This document shows, one piece after another, positions 29,859 to 38,478 of a DNA stretch of 64,000 nt. A model generated the notes under the pieces. That model had not been told where the DNA came from and ran no database searches. It worked only from the letters and a program-made list of their open reading frames with translations. The number at the start of each line of letters is the position of its first letter. The stretch's first letter is position 1. The position numbers and the translations under genes are program-made. The stretch covers positions 512,001-576,000 of the forward strand of contig CAVSGI010000021.1 in assembly GCA_963727445.1 (NCBI GenBank). Reading direction: 5' to 3'. Source of the stretch: an uncultured delta proteobacterium. GTDB lineage: Bacteria > Myxococcota_A > Polyangia > Polyangiales > B10-G4.

Positions 29859-30440
29859 CTACATGCCGAAGCAGACGTCCTCGGCGGTGTAGCACTCTTC
29901 GTGCGGCTCGGCGCAGGCGTCGTAGGCCGAGATCTCGGCGCTGCACGTCGACTGGAAGCAGGCGTCATCGGTGCACGCATCGCCGCAGCAGGTGAGAGCG
30001 TCCCAGGCTGCTTGACACCCCGCGGCGTTGGCGCAGGCCGCGAACGCGTCGTCGAGACACTGTCCGCACGCGGGCTCTGCCGCGATGCAGGTGTCGAAGC
30101 AGGTGTCGTCCATGCAGCCGTCGATGCAGGTGGTGGTCGTCGCCGAGCACGCGGCGGTCGTCGGTGCGGGCACCACGTCACTTTCGCAGCCCGTCGGTGG
30201 CGGCGTCGTCGTCCCAGTGCCGCTGTCCGCGGCGGCGCTGCCGCCCGAATCCACGAGGCTCACCAATCCGTCGGGAGATCCCGAGCTGCTCGGTGGCGGC
30301 GTGGTGCCGGCGTCGTACGACGAGGCGGGTGGTCGGCTGCTGCTCGTGTCCGCGCCGGTCGTCGTCGAGTCGGGGGGTGGCTGAGCGCAGCCTGTGAAAC
30401 CCAGCGCCGCGATTGCGAAGATCCATCCAACTCTGTTCAT
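29859..30440 (-). CDS. Cys-rich acidic lipoprotein
   Basis: Lipobox FTGC, S/T/P linker, ~18 Cys in the C-terminal ~110 aa. Confidence 0.75.
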   Translation of the reverse strand: MNRVGWIFAIAALGFTGCAQPPPDSTTTGADTSSSRPPASSYDAGTTPPPSSSGSPDGLVSLVDSGGSAAADSGTGTTTPPPTGCESDVVPAPTTAACSATTTTCIDGCMDDTCFDTCIAAEPACGQCLDDAFAACANAAGCQAAWDALTCCGDACTDDACFQSTCSAEISAYDACAEPHEECYTAEDVCFGM

Positions 30441-30626
30441 CCCAAAACCTCCATGCCTGTCGTCACCCGTGCATCGAGCAATGCCCGTACCGACCGGAAA
30501 TGCGGCGCTGACAGCTGCTTTCGTGGGTCGACCTCGCGCCCGTTGTCACGCGCACGCGGCAAGCGGGCGGGGTCGTCGATACCCAGCATCCGGGCCTTTT
30601 CACGGGCTTGTCTCGCGGGGCCGCCC

Positions 30627-31016
30627 ATGGTCCACTCCGCCGCCGTGGGGGTTCTGCTCCAGACGGCGAATCTGCCGGGTGGGTACGGCGTGGCGCTTCT
30701 CCAGACGCTCGTCGCGCTCGCCGCGGTCTGCGTCCTCGCCTGGGTCGTGCTCAAGTGGAGCGCGAACCGCGGCCTGACGACGATCGGGCAGGGCAAGCGG
30801 GTCAAGGTGCTCGAGCGTGTTCCCCTCGACGCGCGGCGCAGCCTCTACCTGGTCGAGGTGGGCGACAAGGTGTTGCTCCTCGGTGCCGGAGAGGGAAGCG
30901 CGCCCGAGGTGTTGACCGAGATCGATCCCGACACGCTGCCCGACCTCCCCGAGACCGGCCGCGGGGTGTCCTTCGCCGACGTGCTCAGCAAGCTGAAGGG
31001 CGGGGAGAAGGGATGA
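30627..31016 (+). CDS. fliO: FliO-like export-gate chaperone
   Basis: One TM then VKVLERVPLDARRSLYLVEVGDKVLLLG; directly upstream of fliP; start 30627 or 30645. Confidence 0.8.
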   Translation: MVHSAAVGVLLQTANLPGGYGVALLQTLVALAAVCVLAWVVLKWSANRGLTTIGQGKRVKVLERVPLDARRSLYLVEVGDKVLLLGAGEGSAPEVLTEIDPDTLPDLPETGRGVSFADVLSKLKGGEKG

Positions 31017-31684
31017 TGGGCGATCAGCCCCTCGTCACCCTGGTGGCGCTCGGCGCGCTCACGCTCCTTCCCTTCGCCTTCATGGTGACCACCAGCTTCG
31101 TGAAGATCTCGGTGGTCTTCTCCATCCTGCGCAATGCGCTCGGTACCGGTCAGGTCCCGTCGGGGATGGTCATCACCGCCCTGGCAGGGCTCCTCAGCCT
31201 CTACGTCATGGCGCCGGTGGGGCAGGACATCGTCACCGCCGCCGGGCCCGCCGTCGAGCGCATCGACCGCAACGACCCGCTCGAGGGCGAGAGCATGGAC
31301 GCGGTCTTCGAGGCGATCGAGGAGGGCGTGGGACCACTGCGGCAGTTCCTGCTGCGCAACGCCGGCAACCGCGAGCGGGGCCTCTTCTACGATCTCGCGC
31401 GGCGCTCGCGCGGCCCCGATCGCGAGGACGAGGTGGAGCGAGACGACCTCCTCGTGGTGCTCCCCGCCTTCCTGATCACCGAGCTCGCCGAAGCCTTCCA
31501 GATCGGCTTCTTGGTCTTCCTGCCGTTCCTGGTGGTCGACATGGTCGTGTCGAACGTCCTCTTGGCCCTCGGCATGCACATGCTCTCGCCCACCACCGTG
31601 AGCCTGCCTTTCAAGCTCCTGCTCTTCGTCCTGGTGGACGGCTGGTACGTGCTCGCGCAGGCGCTGGTGGCCGGGTATTCATGA
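31013..31684 (+). CDS. fliP: Type III export gate protein FliP/SctR
   Basis: TSFVKISVVFSILRNALG, PAFLITELAEAFQIGF, SLPFKLLLFVLVDGW. Confidence 0.93.
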   Translation: MMGDQPLVTLVALGALTLLPFAFMVTTSFVKISVVFSILRNALGTGQVPSGMVITALAGLLSLYVMAPVGQDIVTAAGPAVERIDRNDPLEGESMDAVFEAIEEGVGPLRQFLLRNAGNRERGLFYDLARRSRGPDREDEVERDDLLVVLPAFLITELAEAFQIGFLVFLPFLVVDMVVSNVLLALGMHMLSPTTVSLPFKLLLFVLVDGWYVLAQALVAGYS

Positions 31685-33801
31685 GCATCTCCGTACAGCG
31701 GTACGCGGCGATCATCGAAGAGGTCCTGAAGGTCGAACGCGAGGAGGCCGACCGTCAGGGGCAGGAGGTCGACTCCAAGCCCCGCCCGCCGGCCGACGCC
31801 GCGGCGATCGCGCGTGCCGAGAAGGCGCGCGGGCGAACGTTCTCCGACGCGTACCGGAGCTTCTTGTGCACCTGCAACGGGTGGGAAGCCTTCGCCTGGG
31901 GCATCTCGCTGTACGGAACCGAAGAGCTGTCTGGCGAAGCGTACGAATGGGCCGAAGAGGTGCTCGGCTACAACGACGATGTAGAGGAGGAGCTGGAGAA
32001 GTCGCTCATCATCGGAAAGAACGAGAACGACGCGACGCTGATCATGCTCCTCGACAGCGGGGAGGTCGTGGACTTCCTCTACGAGGAGACGGAGCGCTAC
32101 CCGGACCTCGCTGCCTATCTGCTGAGCCGGAAGGAGACGCTCCTCGAGATGCGGGCCGCCGCCGCGAGCGCGGCCGAGCGCACGAAGCGCGAGTGGGATC
32201 CCGCGTTCCGGAAGGCGGACGACGCGGCGCTCGCGGAGGAGCTGCGTGCGACGCTCGACGCGGCCGAAGGGCGGCCGCCGGTGGCCGAGGTGGCCTCCCT
32301 TCCCGATCCGAACGCCGGACCGACACCGGCCCCCGGCGACCTGGTCGTCCGGGACGAGGACGGAGATATCGTCGCTGCGGTGGAGCTCGGGCTGACGCTC
32401 TATCTCGGCGCCGCGCCGACCGAGGAAGAGACGCTCGAGACCTTCCGCGCGTTCCGTCGCGTCTTCCCCGTGCCGGGCCCCATGAAGTGGAGCCTCGCCG
32501 ACCGCATGGTCTTCTCGATGAAGGAGAGCGACGATCCGGACGCGGAGCCCTTCGCCGATCAGCTACGCGTCGACGACTCCGGGTTCTATGGCCTTCGCGT
32601 CCTCTTCGGTACGGACGACGCGCCCTACATCCTGAACGTCCGAGGCATCCCCCCGGAGGAGATCTACGAGGACGACGAGGGCGACGAGGGCGACGACTCC
32701 GAGCCCCGGCTCGAGCGGAGGGCCTCCTTCGTCGAGGTGTTGGTGCCGGTCACCGAAGACCCCGAGAAGCTCCGCGCGCTCGCCCACGCGCTTTCGGAGC
32801 TGCTCCCCATCAGGAGCGGTCACGGCGGCTACTCGGCGCGCGCCTCGGACCAAGAGGACGAGTCCTGGGCAGCGATCTTCGGCTGGTGTCGTCGCTTCTT
32901 CGGCGTCGACGCGTGCTTCGTGGACGGCTGGCTCGGCGGGGCGCTCCATCGACACCGCGGGGCCGGGTGGCTGACCGTGCTCGGGCCGCCCTTTCTCTCC
33001 GCGCTCGGCACCTTCGCGCTGCCGGACGCCGTGACCCGTCACGATGGCGCCCGCGCGACCGTCTTGACCGCGGGGCCGCCGACCCTGGGCGACGTGGCGC
33101 AAGGGCAGATCCCCACCGCGATCATGGAGGTCGCGCGCCTCCTCGCGCCCATCACTCTCACCGAGTGGCAGAAGCGCGGGCACATCAGCGCGGGCGGCCT
33201 CTGGTTCTCCACCTTCGCGACGGAGCTCCCGGGCGCCTTCGGGCACCACCATGCGACCGAGAGCTTCCTCCGGCGCTTCGTCGATCCGATGGCCTTCGTC
33301 GGCCCGAGCGCTCGGGAGGTCGGTCTCGAGATCATCGAGCGCTTGAAGGCGAGCATGGACGCGGAAAAGCTCGAGGCATGGAGCGCGCAGACGGACCTCG
33401 ACGACCTCGAGTTCTTCCGCGACGTCATGGTCGCGCTCTTCGCCGGCGCTCATCACACGCCCGACGACGCGCTCCGAATCGAAGCGCTCGAGCACGCGAC
33501 GCGCTTCCCCGGCTGGTCACCTGCGGCCGCCTACAACAACCTGCTCAATCACTACTTCGCGGCCGATCGCATCGATGACGCCATGGCGCTGATGCCCATG
33601 GCACTCGAGACCGCGAAGGACAACCCCTACACCTATCACTCGGCGGCCTGCTGTCTCGTGAAGGCCGGCCGCCTCGACGAGGCGATGGACGCCGTGCGCC
33701 ACGCGGCGGAGGCCGAGTACGAGCACCTCGACAAGCTCGAGGTGGACGACGACCTCGCGCCCTTGATGGAGCGCGAGGAGTGGAAGCGGCTCTTCGGCTG
33801 A
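31681..33801 (+). CDS. SMI1/KNR4 (SUKH) + TsiV/DUF3396-like + TPR immunity-type protein
   Basis: PPADAAAIARAEK..GRTFSDAYRSFL..CNG; SGHGGY..GAGWLTVLG..PTLGD; YHSAACCLVKAG...DDDLAPL. Confidence 0.72.
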   Translation: MSISVQRYAAIIEEVLKVEREEADRQGQEVDSKPRPPADAAAIARAEKARGRTFSDAYRSFLCTCNGWEAFAWGISLYGTEELSGEAYEWAEEVLGYNDDVEEELEKSLIIGKNENDATLIMLLDSGEVVDFLYEETERYPDLAAYLLSRKETLLEMRAAAASAAERTKREWDPAFRKADDAALAEELRATLDAAEGRPPVAEVASLPDPNAGPTPAPGDLVVRDEDGDIVAAVELGLTLYLGAAPTEEETLETFRAFRRVFPVPGPMKWSLADRMVFSMKESDDPDAEPFADQLRVDDSGFYGLRVLFGTDDAPYILNVRGIPPEEIYEDDEGDEGDDSEPRLERRASFVEVLVPVTEDPEKLRALAHALSELLPIRSGHGGYSARASDQEDESWAAIFGWCRRFFGVDACFVDGWLGGALHRHRGAGWLTVLGPPFLSALGTFALPDAVTRHDGARATVLTAGPPTLGDVAQGQIPTAIMEVARLLAPITLTEWQKRGHISAGGLWFSTFATELPGAFGHHHATESFLRRFVDPMAFVGPSAREVGLEIIERLKASMDAEKLEAWSAQTDLDDLEFFRDVMVALFAGAHHTPDDALRIEALEHATRFPGWSPAAAYNNLLNHYFAADRIDDAMALMPMALETAKDNPYTYHSAACCLVKAGRLDEAMDAVRHAAEAEYEHLDKLEVDDDLAPLMEREEWKRLFG

Positions 33802-33907
33802 GCTCGGCGCGCCGAACGCGTCCAATCAACAGCCGGGCAAGGGCACGGGAGTCTAGTCTATAGACTAGAAGCTATCTCAAAACTCAGCGCTCGCGAACTG
33901 CATGACC

Positions 33908-34149
33908 GCGCCGAAGGGAGGGTCCCACCCCGGGGCTCGGGGACCTTGCAGATGCGAGCGCGAGGCAAGACCAGCAACGTGGTCTCGTCGGCAATCCAGC
34001 TCCGCGTCGCCTGACGGCACCGCTACGCCTTCTTGCCGACTAGAGAGCGCTCGCGCAAGGTCCCCTGTCCGTCCGTGCCAACGCGGGTGCGACACTGCGT
34101 GCGCGTTGGCACGGCCGGACACCCCGGGGTGCGACCCTCCCTCCGGCGC
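33908..34149 (-). other. Highly base-paired multibranched element in the IS 3' region (candidate ncRNA or structured ssDNA)
   Basis: 28-bp closing stem 33908-33935/34122-34149 plus five nested or side helices. Confidence 0.6.
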
Positions 34150-34190
34150 CTGATAGATCAATCTCGGACGAGTTTCTCGAACTGGGTGAT

Positions 34191-34961
34191 TCAGAACTGT
34201 CTGAGCAGGATGACGAGACAGCCGAGCTGCACGAAGCCCAGGAAGTTTTCTGGCCGGCGTTCGTAGCGGGTAACGAGCCGTCGGAAGTTCTGCAGCCACG
34301 TGAACACTCGCTCGACGAGCCATCGCCGACGGTAGCGACGCAACGGTCGACCATCCTGGGTGTGGCGCCGACGCCGCGGATGATGTGGCGCAATCATCTC
34401 GATGTCGCGCTCCACGAGGAGGTTCGTGTCGAGCTTGTCACTGTCGTACGCCTTGTCTCCGATCAAACGTTGCGGCAGCTCGTCCAAGAAGGCCGCGTCT
34501 AACGTTTCGTCGACGAGCGTGACCTCATGACGCTGACCACTCGCAATCGAGAGCGGCGATAGGAAGACCATTGCCGTCTGCGACTGCCATGATCTTGGTG
34601 GCCTTCCCGCGACGAGTTTTTCCAACGCAAGGCCCCCCTTTTTGGCTCCCGCGTGGGTGCCGTCGATGAATCCTTCTGTCAGGTCCAGCTTCCCGCGATC
34701 CCGTAGGTCTTCAGCCAACGCTCGCAGCATTCGCTCCATCACACCTTCGTCGACCCACTGCTGATAGCGTCGGTGGCATGTCTGGTACGGCGGATAACGT
34801 CCTGGCAGATCGCCCCACTGCGCACCGGTGCGTAGAATCCACAGCACGCCGTCGAGCACCTCACGAGCAGACCGTCGTGGCCTTCCTGGGCTGCCCCTAC
34901 GTCTGTCGCGCTCAGGAAGAAGGGGCTCCAGGATTTTCCACTCCTGATCGGTCAGATCCAT
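34191..34961 (-). CDS. IS5-family DDE transposase (frame anomaly, possibly inactive)
   Basis: [52 protein letters not shown]. Confidence 0.9.
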   Translation of the reverse strand: MDLTDQEWKILEPLLPERDRRRGSPGRPRRSAREVLDGVLWILRTGAQWGDLPGRYPPYQTCHRRYQQWVDEGVMERMLRALAEDLRDRGKLDLTEGFIDGTHAGAKKGGLALEKLVAGRPPRSWQSQTAMVFLSPLSIASGQRHEVTLVDETLDAAFLDELPQRLIGDKAYDSDKLDTNLLVERDIEMIAPHHPRRRRHTQDGRPLRRYRRRWLVERVFTWLQNFRRLVTRYERRPENFLGFVQLGCLVILLRQF

Positions 34962-35057
34962 TCAGACCGTAGATCAGAAAACCGATCCGACGTCGATCCC
35001 CCAACGCTTTCTCCTTAATCCTCGCAGACTTAGATCCCACGAGTTTTGAGATAGCTT

Positions 35058-36449
35058 CTAGCGGCCCTGCATCGGGATCCCGAGCGTGTCGCGGGTGCCG
35101 GGGTGTTCCGCGCTGGTCCAGATCAGGCGCTCGGCACGCTCGACATAGAGATCCTCGCAGCCGCGCGGCCACGCGGTGATCTGGCTGGTGAGCCCGGGGC
35201 GGTTTCGGTAGAGGCGTCCGTAACCCGAAGCCTGGCTCGAGCTGGAGACGTAGTAGACGTCTTCGAAGGTGACCGCCCCCTGCATGCGTGATTGCGCGGC
35301 GAGCACCGCGTCCTCCGCGAAGACGCGCCCGCCCGAGCCCGCGAGCCAGCCCGAGGCGAGGTCGACCGGCCAGCGCACCACCCGTCCGTCGACGTCGTCG
35401 GCATGGTACTCCCCGCTCACGAGCGCCGGCGGGGTGCCGTCGCGGTCGAAGCCCACGAAGGAGAAGCGGACGCGACAGGAGTCGCCCGCGAGGGAGTAGC
35501 GGGCGATCTCGGGGACCGCGTAGCGGTAGCCGTGTGCGTCGCTTCGAGTGCCCGAGAAGCCGATGCGTCCCGTGTCGTCGGTGTTCGTCGGCCGGAAGAT
35601 GCGCGCCATGTCGTAGACGCGGAAGCCGCGGGAGGTGATGGCGACGTAGAGCTTGTCGCCGATCCACGCGATGCCGCCGGCATGCACGGCCGCGCCGTCG
35701 CCGTAGGTCGCGGCTTCGAAGTCGACCGTGGCGCCATCGCCGACCGGCGTGACCAGGAGCAGGTGGCGGTAGCGGACGTTCTCCAGATCCGTGATGTCCG
35801 CCAGGCTCACCCGCACGCCCTTCGTGGGGAGCGCGTCGGTCCGGTGATACCAGCTGACCAGAACCGTGCGGCGACCCGAGACTCGACCGTCCTCCCGCGC
35901 GTCGCTCGAGCCGGTCATCCCCTGCGGATACCAGTAGTCCACGTCCTCGTCGCCGGCGTTCCAGCGGAAGCCCACGAAGTCGTGATTGCGCATTCGGTAG
36001 GCCGAGTCCGCGGAGATGCCGGCGCGCCCAGCGCGGTTGAGATGGCCGACGACGGAGTCGATGGAGACCGCGCCGCCGGCCCGCGTCACGAGAGCATCGG
36101 CGCGCGCCTCGGCCGCCGCGCGATCATGGGGGCCCTCGAGGACGAAGGCGCAGCCGTCGACCGACTCCATCGCCTGCTCCGTCGGGCTGCCCTCGACACC
36201 GCGACAGGCGCTGACGCCGGGACATCGAGGCGGCGCCGCATCTTCTGCGCCGTCGACACCCGCGTCCATCGGCTCGGCGTCCATCGAGGTCGCGTCGGCG
36301 AGGGCGTCGCCGTCGGAGGTCGCGCCATCCCGCGAACCCGCGTCGGCGCCCCCGTCGGCCGTCGACCCGTCGCTCGGCGCCGCGCTTTGTCCGCAGGCGG
36401 CGACGAGCCACGTGACGAGGACGGCCGTGCGTACAGCGGCGAGGACCAT
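35058..36449 (-). CDS. Hypothetical lipoprotein (WYPQGxT family, probable beta-propeller)
   Basis: Lipobox VAAC, D/A linker, YWYPQGMTGSSDA, YRHLLLV, HAGGIAW. Confidence 0.7.
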   Translation of the reverse strand: MVLAAVRTAVLVTWLVAACGQSAAPSDGSTADGGADAGSRDGATSDGDALADATSMDAEPMDAGVDGAEDAAPPRCPGVSACRGVEGSPTEQAMESVDGCAFVLEGPHDRAAAEARADALVTRAGGAVSIDSVVGHLNRAGRAGISADSAYRMRNHDFVGFRWNAGDEDVDYWYPQGMTGSSDAREDGRVSGRRTVLVSWYHRTDALPTKGVRVSLADITDLENVRYRHLLLVTPVGDGATVDFEAATYGDGAAVHAGGIAWIGDKLYVAITSRGFRVYDMARIFRPTNTDDTGRIGFSGTRSDAHGYRYAVPEIARYSLAGDSCRVRFSFVGFDRDGTPPALVSGEYHADDVDGRVVRWPVDLASGWLAGSGGRVFAEDAVLAAQSRMQGAVTFEDVYYVSSSSQASGYGRLYRNRPGLTSQITAWPRGCEDLYVERAERLIWTSAEHPGTRDTLGIPMQGR

Positions 36450-36551
36450 CGAGCGAAGATAGCGTCACGCGCGACGCCGTCGAGCCAAATGCGTGTGCGC
36501 GCTTGTTAAGTGGAGCGCCCACAATCGTGGTCAGGCGCTAGACTCCGCGCC

Positions 36552-37403
36552 ATGGATACGATCGCGGTATTGGGCATGGGCCTCCTCGGGCGGGGCTTCG
36601 CGTTGAACCTCCTGGACGAGGGGCATGCGGTGCGCGTGTGGAACCGAACGGCGAGCCGCGCGGCCGTCGTGGGCGAGGCCGGGGCGACCGTGGCCGCGAC
36701 GCCGGCCGAGGCGGTAGAGGGCGCTTCGCGCGTGCACCTCGTGCTGAAGGCCGACGACGCGGTGGACTCGGTGATCGAGGCGCTTCGTCCGTCACTCGCC
36801 GACGGGGCCTACGTCATCGATCACAGCACGAACCTGCCGGCGCGGGTGGGCGAGCGGTTCGCACGCCTTCGCGAGGACGGGGTGCGCTACGTACACGCTC
36901 CGGTCTTCATGGGTCCGCAGAACTCGCGGGAGGCGACGGGACTGATGCTCCTGAGCGGCCCTGCGGAGGACGAGGCGGCGCTGCGTCCCGCGCTCGAGAC
37001 GATGACGGGGCGCGTCTGGTACCTCGGCGAGGAGCCGGACGAGGGCGCGAAGATCAAGATCACCGGCAATGGGATGTTGGTGATGCTCACCGCGGCGATG
37101 GGTGACCTCTTCACGATGGGCGCCGCTTGCGGTGTCGGCTACGAGGAGGTCCTCGCGCTCTTCGACGAGTTCAAACCGACCCCCGCCGGCATGGGTCGCC
37201 GGGCCGTCGGCGCCAGCAAACGGCAGCCGCCGGGATTCACCATGACCATGGCGCGCAAGGACGTGGGGCTGATGCTCGAGACGGCGGGCGATCCCGACCG
37301 GCTCACGGTGCTCCCCGCCATCGCGGCGGCGATGGATCGCGCCATCGCCGAGGGGCGGGGCGAAGAGGATTTCACGAGCCTCGCTGACCCGACGCGCGAG
37401 TGA
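36552..37403 (+). CDS. NAD(P)-dependent oxidoreductase, 3-hydroxyisobutyrate dehydrogenase family
   Basis: VLGMGLLG, VWNRT, IDHST, APVFMG, KITGN, ARKD. Confidence 0.88.
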   Translation: MDTIAVLGMGLLGRGFALNLLDEGHAVRVWNRTASRAAVVGEAGATVAATPAEAVEGASRVHLVLKADDAVDSVIEALRPSLADGAYVIDHSTNLPARVGERFARLREDGVRYVHAPVFMGPQNSREATGLMLLSGPAEDEAALRPALETMTGRVWYLGEEPDEGAKIKITGNGMLVMLTAAMGDLFTMGAACGVGYEEVLALFDEFKPTPAGMGRRAVGASKRQPPGFTMTMARKDVGLMLETAGDPDRLTVLPAIAAAMDRAIAEGRGEEDFTSLADPTRE

Positions 37404-37454
37404 TCGGGCCGACTTCCGGCGCAGAGTGACCCCCATCGGGGTTTTTCGCGCCAT

Positions 37455-38309
37455 TCACCGGTGGCCGTCCGGCCGCCCGCTTCCTTCGACGGCCGGCGCC
37501 GGCGCGCGACCACAGCTCCGCTGCAGGAACCCTTCCCACAGAAATCCGCGCCACAGATCGTAGAAGACGCCCCAGGTGTGCACGCCGCCGCCGACCAGGC
37601 GACGGCGCTCAGGAACCGAATCGGCGAGCAAGCGCTGGCTATTGGCCCAGCGCTCCTGGCGGCCGTAGCCGACGTAGATCGGCACGTGCGTTCCATCGGG
37701 CCGTCGTGGGTCGGCGGCCCAGGCCCAGATGAGATGGAAAAACGCATCCTGGGATCCGTCGGGGTCCAGGTGCGCGTTGCCGTTCAGCTCTGGATCGTCG
37801 CCGAGCGCGGCCCGCCAGGCAGCGAGGCCGCCGCTGGACTCAATCTCGCCCTCCACCCCACCAGGGAGGAAGCCGAGGCCGAGCCATGGGGAGATGAGGA
37901 TGATGCCCTCCACTTCGTCGGCGTGGGTGGCGCCGTAGCCGAGGGCTCCGAGCGCGCCCATGGAGAACCCGACGAGCCACACGCGCCGGTAGCCTCGTGC
38001 GCGCGCGGGCTCGATCACATCTTCTTCGAGGCGCTCGAGGATCGTCTGCTCCACGTAATAGCCGAGGTGGGCGTCGACGAGGATCTGGTCTTCGTCGACG
38101 TTCCTTTCGAGCTCGCGGGCGAAGCCACGGTCGACGAAGTCCATGGGGTCGCCGCCGTAGCCCGGGAGGATCACGAAGAGACAACAATCGGGATCCGGCT
38201 CCCGGGTGAAGCTCATCTGGTGCATGGGCACCGTGGCCGCGGGCGCTGGCGGATGCAGGCAGCCGCAGAGCGAGAGGGCCGAGAACAGGACTGTCGAGAC
38301 GCGCCGCAT
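37455..38309 (-). CDS. Alpha/beta hydrolase (esterase) lipoprotein
   Basis: Lipobox-like LCGC, LPGYGG, GFSMG, GGVHTW. Confidence 0.82.
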   Translation of the reverse strand: MRRVSTVLFSALSLCGCLHPPAPAATVPMHQMSFTREPDPDCCLFVILPGYGGDPMDFVDRGFARELERNVDEDQILVDAHLGYYVEQTILERLEEDVIEPARARGYRRVWLVGFSMGALGALGYGATHADEVEGIILISPWLGLGFLPGGVEGEIESSGGLAAWRAALGDDPELNGNAHLDPDGSQDAFFHLIWAWAADPRRPDGTHVPIYVGYGRQERWANSQRLLADSVPERRRLVGGGVHTWGVFYDLWRGFLWEGFLQRSCGRAPAPAVEGSGRPDGHR

Positions 38310-38478
38310 GGTCGCTTGGTCGGCCATCGTAACGCGTGGGAACCGGACCAGCGGTCCGGTGTGGTCCAGTGTGGTTCACCCGGCGATAGCCAAGAAGTCG
38401 CCTGTTTACCGGGGATTTCGAGAACCGCGGCGCCGGCATGGCGCCTGCTCATGTCCCGTTTCGACCCGAGGAGGAACG

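Larger units (their letters stand above)
33865..35061 (-). mobile_element. IS5-family insertion sequence (IS427-like)
   Basis: Perfect 21-bp inverted repeats CTAGAAGCTATCTCAAAACTC (33865-33885 / 35041-35061) including the CTAG target; transposase inside; lower GC. Confidence 0.92.

Noticed and set aside
30627..31684. Evidence for a functional flagellum
   Set aside because: Only two export-gate genes and no structural flagellar genes in the window.
33877..34323. Passenger ORFs inside the IS (33877..34323, 33902..34153)
   Set aside because: No motifs or codon bias; the region is better explained by base-pairing.
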